A DNA stretch of 64,000 nt from Candidatus Methanomethylicia archaeon (GTDB taxonomy: Archaea > Thermoproteota > Methanomethylicia > Culexarchaeales > Culexarchaeaceae), in assembly GCA_038727515.1 (NCBI GenBank), contig JAVYVS010000001.1, positions 160,001 through 224,000 of the forward strand. The letters run 5' to 3'. Below are positions 1 through 9,343 of the stretch, piece after piece. The position numbers and the translations under genes are program-made. Under the pieces are notes generated by a model. It had not been told where the DNA came from, did no database searches, and saw only the letters and a program-made list of their open reading frames with translations. Position 1 is the first letter of the stretch. Every line of letters begins with the position of its first letter.

Positions 1-2
1 AA

Positions 3-272
3 TGGGCTAGACAGTGGGGACCATATAATGTTCCCATGCTTATTGCATGTATAGGTGTTTCAGCGCCCGGGGTTACCCCATACCTTCAATCTGGACAAGT
101 TAAAGGTTTACTTCCAGGTTTGAGGGCTGGTGCTGAATATGAGCTTCTTATCGGTAGGAAGGGGCTTGCAGTAGCTTCGGCTGATGCTTTATCCACTACA
201 CATATGCTCTTCTTGATATTCGTGGTTATAGGCAATATTAGTTATTTTGCTAAGAGGAGGGGGATTAAATGA
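3..272 (+). CDS. 3' part (5'-truncated by window) of uncharacterised membrane-anchored protein, paralog of 42235..43098
   Basis: Frame is open from base 3 (WARQWGPYNVPMLIAC...). GLRAGAEYELL...DALSTTH...IGNISYF aligns with GLRGAAEYEIL...DAQSLGH...IGNIGYF of 42235..43098. Confidence 0.85.
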   Translation, partial: WARQWGPYNVPMLIACIGVSAPGVTPYLQSGQVKGLLPGLRAGAEYELLIGRKGLAVASADALSTTHMLFLIFVVIGNISYFAKRRGIK

Positions 273-991
273 GTGAGTTAACTACATTTTTTGCAGCATT
301 TTGCGGTGTATTCTTTACACTTGCAGTTTATACTTTTCTATATAAAGAGAATCCATGGTCTAGATTTGCAGAATACGCTTTCATAGGAACTGCTGCTGGT
401 TATGATGTTGCATACTTCTTAGATTGGTTGCGTGGTCAATGGGAGGGGACGTGGTCTACTACAACTAGTGGTACTATTGCATTTATCTTTGCAATGTTGA
501 TAAGTGTATTATGGTACTTTAGATTTTCAAAGAGATTCTTCTGGATTTATAGGATTCCATTGGCTGTGGTTGTAGGTACTGGTATTGGTTTAGCTTTGAG
601 AACTGTGGTTTTTGCACAATTAATTGCTCAAGTTAGAGCTACGGCAGGTTTATCATTTATTGGTGTTGATGCTTGGACTGTATTTAATAATCTAGTTACA
701 GCTGTAATTGTGGTATGTGTACTATTATACTTTATATTTACGATTAAGCAAGAAGCTATTTATTGGAAGCCAGTAAATAAGTTTGCTAGATACTCTATGA
801 TGGTAGGCTTTGGATCAGCATATGGATATACTGTATTAACGAGAATGTCTATGTTTATAGGTCGTGCACAATTCCTATTAGGCATACCTCCATATGCCCC
901 TGAAAATAAGATGTTCTTCCCATGGATTGCCTTACTCCTACTAGCTACACTCATAGGGTACGATTACTACCAAAGAATCAAAAAATCCTAA
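269..991 (+). CDS. Uncharacterised multi-pass membrane protein, paralog of 41542..42234
   Basis: Shares LYKEN.F.R.AE.A..G, YR.P.A.V.GT.IG and R..M..GFG...G.T...R.S.FIGR motifs with 41542..42234; overlaps the upstream stop. Confidence 0.88.
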   Translation: MSELTTFFAAFCGVFFTLAVYTFLYKENPWSRFAEYAFIGTAAGYDVAYFLDWLRGQWEGTWSTTTSGTIAFIFAMLISVLWYFRFSKRFFWIYRIPLAVVVGTGIGLALRTVVFAQLIAQVRATAGLSFIGVDAWTVFNNLVTAVIVVCVLLYFIFTIKQEAIYWKPVNKFARYSMMVGFGSAYGYTVLTRMSMFIGRAQFLLGIPPYAPENKMFFPWIALLLLATLIGYDYYQRIKKS

Positions 992-1014
992 ATTTTTACT
1001 TTTTTTATCTTTTT
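992..1014 (+). terminator. Oligo-T terminator
   Basis: ATTTTTACTTTTTTTATCTTTTT immediately after the stop; a similar tract follows the paralogous module at 41514..41541 on the - strand. Confidence 0.55.
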
Positions 1015-1023
1015 ATATGAATA

Positions 1024-1467
1024 TCATTGGAAGTTTTTAATAAATTCATCTTTGATCTTATCTACTATTTTCTGTAGAATTTCCAATTTAATTTCCATTT
1101 GTGGGTATGGATAATAGTGTTTACCCCAATTTTCATCTACGAATTTTATTCCTTCAAAAATTCTTTCAGTCTTATATCTTGGAATAATGTGGAGATGTAA
1201 ATGTCTAACAATATTTCCAAGCATAGCATAATTGAATAAGTCTGGTTGGAAAATTTTCTTTAAAACTTTAACAAATGTTTTAGTCAATGAAATTAATTCC
1301 ATCAATTCATCATCCGATAATTCCAATGGATCCTCTAAGTGTCTTTTAAGTATAATCATAGATCTACCAAGATAGTATTGATTGGGGTTTAGAGTAATCT
1401 TCCAATATCTTCCTTCATAAATTGTAATTTTATTGATTTCTTCATCACAAAAGGGGCACTTCATCAT
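1024..1467 (-). CDS. HIT family hydrolase
   Basis: N-terminal CPFC and histidine triad HLHLHIIPR. Confidence 0.93.
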   Translation of the reverse strand: MMKCPFCDEEINKITIYEGRYWKITLNPNQYYLGRSMIILKRHLEDPLELSDDELMELISLTKTFVKVLKKIFQPDLFNYAMLGNIVRHLHLHIIPRYKTERIFEGIKFVDENWGKHYYPYPQMEIKLEILQKIVDKIKDEFIKNFQ

Positions 1468-1542
1468 TTACAATTCCCATATATTTTTAAACCATTAGAT
1501 TTAATTTATTTTGAAAGTTACATTTTTATATTTTGATGAAGT

Positions 1543-1680
1543 ATGAATGAAGAAACTCATCTAAACTTAAATGAACTGTTTAATGTTATTTCATATTCTT
1601 TAAAGATAAAATACTGAGGATTACTTGTTGAAAAGCCTCTTAGTTTTAATGAACTTAATGTTGAGAGTATGAAAATGTAA
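1543..1680 (+). pseudogene. Possible decayed ArsR-like winged-helix gene start
   Basis: Reads MNEETHLNLNELFNVISYSLKIKY*GLLVEKPLSFNEL, like the ArsR pattern lF.al.hp.Rl.Il.lL...pls..El, with an internal stop. Confidence 0.35.
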
Positions 1681-1972
1681 ACTTCAAATGTCATACATAC
1701 GTTGAACGATATGAATGGCAAAACGATCTTTTCCATTAAGTTCATTAACTCATATTTTATTTATAAATCCTCTATTCTTGTTGGATACTTATCTGTAGAT
1801 GATGAGTATTATTAAATTAGGGATGATTAAACCTTTTTCCCTCGTAGATTTCCTCTTCATAAATCATGTTATTAATGAAAAGTCTTTGCAAATAAAGTAC
1901 GTGGAATTATGGATTCATTATGAATCTTTAGGAATAGTATTTATGGGTGATTCTAAAATTATTATTTAGATT

Positions 1973-2815
1973 ATGAAATATCAGCGTTTTCTAGTTAAAG
2001 GATTTAAACCTTTTAATCCTTTGGAATTAGCTAAACAAACTGAGGAGATAGTGATTAGGGAGGGTTCCGATGGTGTTGAGAGGAAATATACGGATTTCTA
2101 TTCAGTGCCAGTGTATAGGGGGATTGCTACTGGTTATGCTATTGGTTGTTGTTTAAGATGTTTTTATTGCTGGAGTAATTGGTCTAGAGATTTCCCTGAG
2201 ATTTTTGGGGAATTTTATTCACCGAAGATGGTTGCTCAAAAACTTTTAGAAGCAGCTAAGAGGGGTATTACTTATTCATCTTATTGGAGTAGGAAGATTC
2301 CAGTAATTAGGAAGTTTAGATTGTCTGGATGTGAACCTACATTGGGTAGAGAACATTTAATTTCAGTTTTAGAGCATGTTGAGAAAATGAATTTTCCATT
2401 TTATCTTGAAACTAATGGTATACTTTTAGGTGCTGATAGAAGTTATGTGAGGGATTTAGCTCAATTTTCAAAATTCATTTATGTGAGAGTTTCATTTAAA
2501 GCAGCAACCCCTGAAACCTTTACTCAGAGGACTGGTGCATTGGGTGAATACTATGAATTACCATTTAAAGCTTTAAAATACTTGTTGGATGAAGGTATTT
2601 TTGCAAGAGCTGCAGCTATGACTGATCCAAGAATTATGTCAAATGAAGAGAGGGAGTTATTAATTGAAAAATTGAGTGAAATTGATTCAAGATATTCAGA
2701 AGGTGAACTTGAAGAAGAAGTTATAGATCCTTACGATACAACAATTAAAAGGATTAAAGCATATTATGATGAAAATTTTGCAGAAAAATTGATGAAATCC
2801 TTTCAATTAAAGTAG
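1973..2815 (+). CDS. Radical SAM protein (uncharacterised archaeal family)
   Basis: CxxxCxxC (CCLRCFYC), SGCEP, ETNG motifs. Confidence 0.9.
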   Translation: MKYQRFLVKGFKPFNPLELAKQTEEIVIREGSDGVERKYTDFYSVPVYRGIATGYAIGCCLRCFYCWSNWSRDFPEIFGEFYSPKMVAQKLLEAAKRGITYSSYWSRKIPVIRKFRLSGCEPTLGREHLISVLEHVEKMNFPFYLETNGILLGADRSYVRDLAQFSKFIYVRVSFKAATPETFTQRTGALGEYYELPFKALKYLLDEGIFARAAAMTDPRIMSNEERELLIEKLSEIDSRYSEGELEEEVIDPYDTTIKRIKAYYDENFAEKLMKSFQLK

Positions 2816-2819
2816 AGAG

Positions 2820-3176
2820 AGATTTGTATTAGCTTTAAAGAGAAGTCATATTTCTACTGGAGAAACATATATCCTATCTGAAGATAGAGCATATACCTAT
2901 AGGGAAGTTTATCAAATATTATCTGAGATATTGGGTAGAAGTCCACCTAAATATTCCATACCTCCAAGTATAGCTAAAATTTTATTGTCATTTACAGAGG
3001 TATATGATAAATTAAGGGGAGGAGACAACATCTTATTTAGAAGGATGATTGTTGATGCAGTTACTAAACATAGAGCATATAGTATTGAGAAGGCGAGGAG
3101 AGAATTGGGTTATACTCCTCAATATACTTTGAGGAATGGATTAAGAGAGACTATTGAATGGTATATTAATCAATGA
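2820..3176 (+). pseudogene. C-terminal relic of NAD-dependent epimerase/dehydratase (extended SDR)
   Basis: Open frame RFVLALKRSHISTGETYILSEDRAYTYREV...YSIEKARRELGYTPQYTLRNGLRETIEWY; no GxxGxxG or YxxxK; begins at the upstream gene's stop. Confidence 0.75.
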
Positions 3177-3290
3177 ATAATAAAGGTGTAAACTATTTTT
3201 GTTGGAATAAATCTTTGTTTTCATTATTGTAATTTATTTTATTGTTTAATCGTAAAGTTTTATACTTGTAATTTATCATCTAATTTATAA

Positions 3291-4061
3291 GTGTTTTTTA
3301 TGGTTGTTTGGAGGCTTCTACCCTTTATCAGGGTTAATGGTTATTTGCAGATGGCTATTGATGAATCTATTTTGATTCATAGATGTGAGGGTAAGGTTCC
3401 AAATACCGTTCGCTTTTATCAATTTTATCCTAGTGCTGTTACAATAGGGTATTTTCAATCTATTTTTGAAGAGGTTTATTTAGATTATTGTTCTAGTAAT
3501 GGTATTGATGTTGTTAGACGTATTACTGGTGGTGGAGCTGTTTTCCATGATGAAAATGGTGAAATAACTTATTCTGTTGTTGCTGGAATTAATGATGTTC
3601 CAAGGGATATCATCGAATCTTATGGTTATATTTGTAATGGACTTATATATGCTCTTGAATATTTTGGTTTGAAGGGTGAATTTAAACCTTTAAATGATGT
3701 TGTTGTTCTTGGTAAGAAGATTTCTGGTTCAGCTCAAACTAGACGTAGAGAAGCAATACTTCAACATGGAACTTTTATGTATTCCACTAATATCGGGAAA
3801 CTTGTTAATTCCCTTAAAATTGTTCCTGAGAAATTGAAGGATAAGGGTATTCAAGCATTAGAGGAGAGGGTTATAACTTTATCTAAAGCTCTTAATAGGA
3901 GTGTTTTAAGGGATGAAGTTTTAGAAGCTTTAATCAACGGTTTTAAGAAGGCTCTTAATGTTGAATTTATTGTTTCTGAACTTACTGAGAGTGAATGGAA
4001 TCTTGCTAAGGAACTTGCTGAAGAAAAGTATTCTCGTAGAGATTGGAATTATATGGTTTAG
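3291..4061 (+). CDS. Lipoate-protein ligase / octanoyltransferase family (LplA/LipM catalytic domain)
   Basis: MAIDE, RRITGGGAVFHD, KISGSAQ, LQHGT motifs. Confidence 0.93.
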   Translation: MFFMVVWRLLPFIRVNGYLQMAIDESILIHRCEGKVPNTVRFYQFYPSAVTIGYFQSIFEEVYLDYCSSNGIDVVRRITGGGAVFHDENGEITYSVVAGINDVPRDIIESYGYICNGLIYALEYFGLKGEFKPLNDVVVLGKKISGSAQTRRREAILQHGTFMYSTNIGKLVNSLKIVPEKLKDKGIQALEERVITLSKALNRSVLRDEVLEALINGFKKALNVEFIVSELTESEWNLAKELAEEKYSRRDWNYMV

Positions 4062-4064
4062 GAC

Positions 4065-4934
4065 TTGGTGTCTGTTTTGGTTAAAGGTTATCGTCCACTA
4101 CCATTATTCCCCTCCATCTCTATTACTGGTGATAAATGTGGTTTAAAATGTAAGTTTTGTGAGGGTAGAGTTTTAGGTGAAATGCTTCATGCTTCTTCTC
4201 CCCATAATCTTTATGAGCTTGTTAAATATTTGAAGAATAAGTATGGTATTCTAGGTTTATTGATTAGTGGTGGATTTGATGTTAATGGTTTTCTACCGAT
4301 AAGACCATTTATACCAATTATACGTGATATTAAAAGGGATTTTGATTTAATTGTTAGTGTTCATTGTGGTTTTGTAGATATTGATTATGCTAGGATGTTG
4401 AGGGAGGCTGGTATTGATGTTGTGGATTTAAATATTTATGGGGCATTAACCATGAGGGATGTTATTGGATTAAATGTTGATTGGGATTTCATTGTGAATA
4501 ATCTTAATTGCATATATACCCATGGACCTGAATATATTGCTCCACACATACTTGCAGGAGCATATTTTGGTAAGTTGATGGAGGAAAATTCTATAATTGA
4601 TTTATTGAACGATTATGATCCATACATATTGATTTTCCTATCTATGATTCCAGTGAAGGGTACATGTTTTGAGAATACCCATTTAGTTGACATAAATGAT
4701 TTCTGTGAACTTTTTAGACTTGCTAGGAGGTTGCTATCTAAAACTGAATTGACTCTTGGATGTATGAGGGTTAGAGGTGAATACTCCATATCCATAGAGA
4801 GGATATTATTTAATGAAAATCTATTGGATAGAATTGTATTGCCAAATACTATTAAAGTTGATAAGATTTTACCATTTTGTTGTTCACTTCCAAGAGAGTT
4901 GGAAGATAAATTAATGTCTAAGATTGGCAATTAG
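4065..4934 (+). CDS. lipS1: Radical SAM protein, probable archaeal lipoyl synthase component LipS1
   Basis: SITGxxCxxxCxxC, LISGG, C-terminal GCMR and CC motifs as described for Thermococcus LipS1; co-operonic with lipoate ligase. Confidence 0.72.
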   Translation: MVSVLVKGYRPLPLFPSISITGDKCGLKCKFCEGRVLGEMLHASSPHNLYELVKYLKNKYGILGLLISGGFDVNGFLPIRPFIPIIRDIKRDFDLIVSVHCGFVDIDYARMLREAGIDVVDLNIYGALTMRDVIGLNVDWDFIVNNLNCIYTHGPEYIAPHILAGAYFGKLMEENSIIDLLNDYDPYILIFLSMIPVKGTCFENTHLVDINDFCELFRLARRLLSKTELTLGCMRVRGEYSISIERILFNENLLDRIVLPNTIKVDKILPFCCSLPRELEDKLMSKIGN

Positions 4935-4980
4935 TATATGAGTATTTAGCGTATCCTACTGTTAAGCTTACTATTTATAA

Positions 4981-6228
4981 GTGGTGTTTTCCATGGGTTT
5001 TATAGGGTATTTGAAAAAAGAATTTTCCTTTTTAAAGGGGAATTATTTAGTCCTTATTGTAAGTTGGATTTTAATGCATTTTGCAGATCCCATAGCTTAT
5101 ATTTATCATTCACTATTTGTCTTAGAGCTTGGCGCTACACCATATATCTTAGGATTAATAAATTCATTATCCACATTATCCTTTGCATTAGTGCAGTTTA
5201 TTGGAGGTTATATTGCTGATTACTATGGGAGACGTAAAATAATTGTTTTAATGACATTTGGACTTGCCTTTTCCAATTTATTCTTTGTTTTCGCTGAAAA
5301 TTGGCTTCACATCCTTTTTGGATCTATTTTTGGAAATATATTTTTAGTGTATAGTCCTGCTCTATCTGCAATTACAGCTGATTCTATTCCACCTGAGAAA
5401 CGTGGCTTAGGATTTTCTCTTTCACATATGATTGTTATAGTTTCAGTATTTTCTCCACTTATTGCAAGTTTCTTAGTAGTCAATTATGGCATTGTATATG
5501 GTGTTAAATTAGCCTACTTAATAGTTTTCATATTCTACATTATTTCAGCAATTATTAGAACAAGATTAAAGGAAACTCTTCCTACTGTACGTGGGAGTAT
5601 AGGTTCATATAATATTTTTAAGGTTTATGTTAATGCTGTTTATGAAAGTTTTTCTGCTTTAAAATTTGCTTCACGTGATGTCATAAAGTTTTTACTTATT
5701 ACTGTTGTTCTGGATTTTTCTATGCGTCTTTCCATGCCCTTCTTTGTAGTTTATGCTAAGAATGTTATAGGTTTAAGTGAAGGTCAATGGGCTATTTTAA
5801 TGACTCTATACTATTTATCTTCTTCTGTTTCTGGAATATTTATAGGTAAAATTATAGATGTTTTCGGTCGTAAAAATCCATTAATTTTAGCATGTTTTCT
5901 ACAAATTATTACCCTTATAATATTCATACATGGTAGTTATACTACTCTAATTCCACTATTTATTTTATGGGCATTATTTGATTTGTTGATGATGACTTCC
6001 CGTGATGCTATGAATGCTGATCTTATTCCAAGGAATTTGAGGGGTAGACTTTCTAGTGTTAGATTATTTTTTGAATATGTTGCAATGTCCCTAGGTTATT
6101 TAATTGGTGGTTACCTATATGAACATATTTCACCGCAATACCCATTTATTTTAAATATAGTATTTGCATTTGTTTGTGCAATAGCATTACTCATTTTAAT
6201 CGCTGAACCTATTAAGAGAGAATTATAA
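4981..6228 (+). CDS. MFS transporter
   Basis: About 12 TM segments; motif A GYIADYYGRRK and GKIIDVFGRK. Confidence 0.93.
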   Translation: MVFSMGFIGYLKKEFSFLKGNYLVLIVSWILMHFADPIAYIYHSLFVLELGATPYILGLINSLSTLSFALVQFIGGYIADYYGRRKIIVLMTFGLAFSNLFFVFAENWLHILFGSIFGNIFLVYSPALSAITADSIPPEKRGLGFSLSHMIVIVSVFSPLIASFLVVNYGIVYGVKLAYLIVFIFYIISAIIRTRLKETLPTVRGSIGSYNIFKVYVNAVYESFSALKFASRDVIKFLLITVVLDFSMRLSMPFFVVYAKNVIGLSEGQWAILMTLYYLSSSVSGIFIGKIIDVFGRKNPLILACFLQIITLIIFIHGSYTTLIPLFILWALFDLLMMTSRDAMNADLIPRNLRGRLSSVRLFFEYVAMSLGYLIGGYLYEHISPQYPFILNIVFAFVCAIALLILIAEPIKREL

Positions 6229-6256
6229 ATTGAATTTCAATTTACTTTGGATATCG

Positions 6257-6331
6257 TTATTTTCCATATAAATGGCATGCTATCAACCTATTATCTATGT
6301 TTAATAATTCTGGCTCTATTTTGCTGCATTT
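6257..6331 (-). pseudogene. In-frame continuation of the DppF relic after a nonsense codon
   Basis: After TAA at 6334..6332 the same frame reads KCSKIEPELLNIDNRLIACHLYGK*, the canonical DppF/OppF tail. Confidence 0.85.
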
Positions 6332-6979
6332 TTACATGGCGTATGGGCATCTTGGATGGAATCTACATCCACTTGGTGGATTTAATGCACTTGGTATTTC
6401 TCCTTTTATTGGTATTTTACTCCTTCTATATTCTGGGTCTGGTATTGGTACTGCTGATACCAATGCTTGTGTATATGGGTGTTTTGGATCTTCTAATACT
6501 CTATCTATATCCCCCATTTCCACTATTTTTCCAAGGTACATTATTGTTATTCTTTCACATATAATGTAAGTTTTTATGGAAAATTTATTGGAAATATACT
6601 TTAATTTCTCTTGTGGAATTGTAAATTTAATGATCTCCGTAATTACAGTAGATTTTATAATGATTTCCCGTGAATAATAGCTTTCTATGTTATTCCATAT
6701 ATATGTGTTATCTGAGTATATTATGCTTTGTATACTTAATATCTTTATACTTATATCAATTGGATTTATAATTGTGTAATTTATTATGATTTTAGCTTCT
6801 AACTCATCAACTTTTAAATTAATACTTGCCACTTTTACTTTAAACATTTTGCCGATGAAATATGTTTTACCTATTAAATCTATTGAAATTATTATTGTAT
6901 ATGTAGCATATAATGTTAGAATTAATAGTAATAGTGATGGAAGTATTTCAATTAGATTACTTTTTAGTATTCTCTTCAT
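6332..6979 (-). CDS. Chimeric ORF: membrane-anchored beta-rich protein fused in frame to the C-terminal part of an oligopeptide ABC ATPase (DppF/OppF-type); probably a pseudogene
   Basis: N-terminal TM helix and LEA-like strands, then ICERITIMYLGKIVE...PKHPYTQAL...GEIPSALNPPSGCRFHPRCPYAM; no Walker motifs. Start taken at ATG 6979. Confidence 0.65.
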   Translation of the reverse strand: MKRILKSNLIEILPSLLLLILTLYATYTIIISIDLIGKTYFIGKMFKVKVASINLKVDELEAKIIINYTIINPIDISIKILSIQSIIYSDNTYIWNNIESYYSREIIIKSTVITEIIKFTIPQEKLKYISNKFSIKTYIICERITIMYLGKIVEMGDIDRVLEDPKHPYTQALVSAVPIPDPEYRRSKIPIKGEIPSALNPPSGCRFHPRCPYAM

Positions 6980-7037
6980 TCTCCTACACACACCAAAATA
7001 ATAAAACTTTAATTTTATCTTTACGGTATATGTTTTA

Positions 7038-7403
7038 ATGAAACATAGTATTTTACTTTTATTTTTGACTTTAACCATAATATTCACTGGTTCAAATACC
7101 TTATTCATTTATTGGAATGAGGAAATTCAATGGTATGTTATTATCTTATTTTCATCGATTATAATGGCTTTTATAAATACTTCAATTAATCTTAAGATGA
7201 AAATAGGAATTCTCTTTTTAGCATGGATTGCAAGTATTGTATTTACAAGTTTCGTAATTTGTTATCCACTTATTTTATGGGGAGGAAGTCTAACCGCTAA
7301 TGAGGTAATCATATCTACAGTTGCACGTACATTAATTATTGTTTTCATAGGATTAACAATATCATTAGTTTCATTATTGTTCTTCTCATTCTTCAAGAGA
7401 TAG
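7038..7403 (+). CDS. Small hypothetical membrane protein (about 4 TM)
   Basis: Hydrophobic 121-aa ORF filling the gap, divergent from 6979. Confidence 0.6.
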   Translation: MKHSILLLFLTLTIIFTGSNTLFIYWNEEIQWYVIILFSSIIMAFINTSINLKMKIGILFLAWIASIVFTSFVICYPLILWGGSLTANEVIISTVARTLIIVFIGLTISLVSLLFFSFFKR

Positions 7404-7460
7404 TTCCATACGTTTACAATAAACATTTTAATTCTACTATGATTAAATGTATTTGAGATT

Positions 7461-8267
7461 ATGTGTGGAATTCTTGGGTATATAGGTTTTACGCCAATAA
7501 GCATTGATTCATGTTTAGATATTCTTAAGGCTCTTGAAGTTGAGCAACTCCCCATAGAGTCTAGTCCTGTTGGTGGTCATGGTGCTGGTTTAATGGTTTA
7601 TGATGATGGAGAATTATTTATTGAGAAGGTTGGTGGTAATGGTCTTTCTCCTGTTGATAAATTGAGGAACATTATTTATAGTAATTGGAGGATTAATTTT
7701 TCAAAGATTGTTTTAGGTCATGTTAGAAGGGCTTCACAAGTATTTGAGCGTACTATACCCTTTAAGGAATGTACACAACCATATGTTGTTAATTGTCTTG
7801 GAAGGTTTACTATTGTTTCTGTGCATAATGGGTTTCTAAAGAATTATTTGGATATTAAAGCCAACTTTAAAGTTGAGCATAAATTTGAATCTGAAAGTAT
7901 AACTTTAATTGATTCAGAGATTTTCCCACATTTCCTTGAAGAGTTAATATCGATTTATGGTGATGGAATTGAAACTGCTAAGATTCTCTTTGATCATATT
8001 GAAGGTGGTAATACTGTTGCTATGATGGTTTTCTTTGATGATTACATATCCCTTTATATTATTCATAAGGGTTTAACTAGGGGTTTAGCTCTTTGGCGCA
8101 ATGATAAAGGTCACCTATTATTTTCATCTAGAAGTTATATTATCGATAAATTTGCTAGAGGATTTATACGTGAAAATATGTTTGAAATTGAAGTTATCAT
8201 TAAACCTAGGGTTGAAGGTAGCTTCGTAAAGTATTATAGATTTGATAAAGATAGTTTATTGAAATAA
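7461..8267 (+). CDS. Class II glutamine amidotransferase (Ntn hydrolase) domain protein, stand-alone
   Basis: N-terminal MCGI, GHVR, HNG and DSE motifs. Confidence 0.88.
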   Translation: MCGILGYIGFTPISIDSCLDILKALEVEQLPIESSPVGGHGAGLMVYDDGELFIEKVGGNGLSPVDKLRNIIYSNWRINFSKIVLGHVRRASQVFERTIPFKECTQPYVVNCLGRFTIVSVHNGFLKNYLDIKANFKVEHKFESESITLIDSEIFPHFLEELISIYGDGIETAKILFDHIEGGNTVAMMVFFDDYISLYIIHKGLTRGLALWRNDKGHLLFSSRSYIIDKFARGFIRENMFEIEVIIKPRVEGSFVKYYRFDKDSLLK

Positions 8268-8297
8268 TTTTTCAATATCATCTATCTTATTGTTAAT

Positions 8298-9302
8298 GTG
8301 AATGTTATGTGTATTGTGGGCCCTGAAGATTTAATTTGGCTTATAACTGCTAGATGCAATTTAAATTGTCTTCATTGTTATGCTAGTTTATATCATGGTG
8401 AATTAGAGCTTAATTTAGATAGTATAATTAGAATTATTGATAGTGCTGTAGAAGCTGGAGTTGAACATATCAATTTTACTGGTGGAGACCCACTCCTTAG
8501 AAGTGACATCTTTAATATTTTAGAGTATTGTATTAATGTTGGTATTGAACCTTCAATTTTTACTAATTTGACTTTAATTAATGATGAAATTGCTTCAAGA
8601 CTTTCAAAAATGGAAATATATGTTTTAACTAGTATTGATGGTTTTTCAAAGGAAACTTATGAGAAGATTAGAGGGTTTAATAATTGGGAGAGATTTCTTA
8701 ATGGTGTTAAAAAGATTATTTCTTATGGCATTGAAGCTCATGCAAATATTTCAGTAAATGTTTTGAATTATAGTTATGTTGATAAAATTATAGAGGAAGT
8801 TTTGAAACTTGGATTTCAACATTTATCCATGATACCTACAATACCCTCTGGTAGAGCCTTTAAATGGAATTTATATGTTGATTCAAGAATGTTTATGGAA
8901 GCTGTTAAACTTGCTGCTAATAAAATGGAGGAAATTGGTTATTCTCTAGGTGTTTGGTGTGCACCATTTACTGGTGTTATTGTAGATTCCAGTAGATTGT
9001 ATTTTGGATGTTGTAGGAAGTGGAGGGTTATGGATATAACTCCATCTGGTAGAGTTGTATTATGTGATGTTCTAAACATAGAAGTTAGTAATGTCAATGA
9101 TTTTAGTGTTAAAGATGCTTGGATGAAATTACTGAATAATCCAATTGTTAAAAGTGTTAGAAATCCAAAGCTTATACACCCATGTGATAAATGTAGATTT
9201 TGGAGTAATTGTATGGGTGGATGCTATGCAAGAGCATATGTATTAACTGGAAATTTTGGGAATCCAGATCCATTATGTCCAAAGGTTAGTGGAATACTAT
9301 GA
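8298..9302 (+). CDS. Radical SAM/SPASM domain protein
   Basis: CNLNCLHC, FTGGDP, C-terminal CDKC...C.GGC.ARA...DPLC. Confidence 0.92.
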   Translation: MNVMCIVGPEDLIWLITARCNLNCLHCYASLYHGELELNLDSIIRIIDSAVEAGVEHINFTGGDPLLRSDIFNILEYCINVGIEPSIFTNLTLINDEIASRLSKMEIYVLTSIDGFSKETYEKIRGFNNWERFLNGVKKIISYGIEAHANISVNVLNYSYVDKIIEEVLKLGFQHLSMIPTIPSGRAFKWNLYVDSRMFMEAVKLAANKMEEIGYSLGVWCAPFTGVIVDSSRLYFGCCRKWRVMDITPSGRVVLCDVLNIEVSNVNDFSVKDAWMKLLNNPIVKSVRNPKLIHPCDKCRFWSNCMGGCYARAYVLTGNFGNPDPLCPKVSGIL

Positions 9303-9343
9303 TTTTCACTTGTACTTTATATTATTGTTGAATTATCTAGATA

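Noticed and set aside
1557-1745. 62-aa minus-strand ORF
   Set aside because: No motif; the opposite strand shows a better (decayed HTH-like) signal.
6980-7108. Upstream extension of the 6332..7108 ORF
   Set aside because: Overlaps the divergent 7038 gene and the shared promoter gap; ATG 6979 has an SD-like GGAG and precedes the TM anchor.
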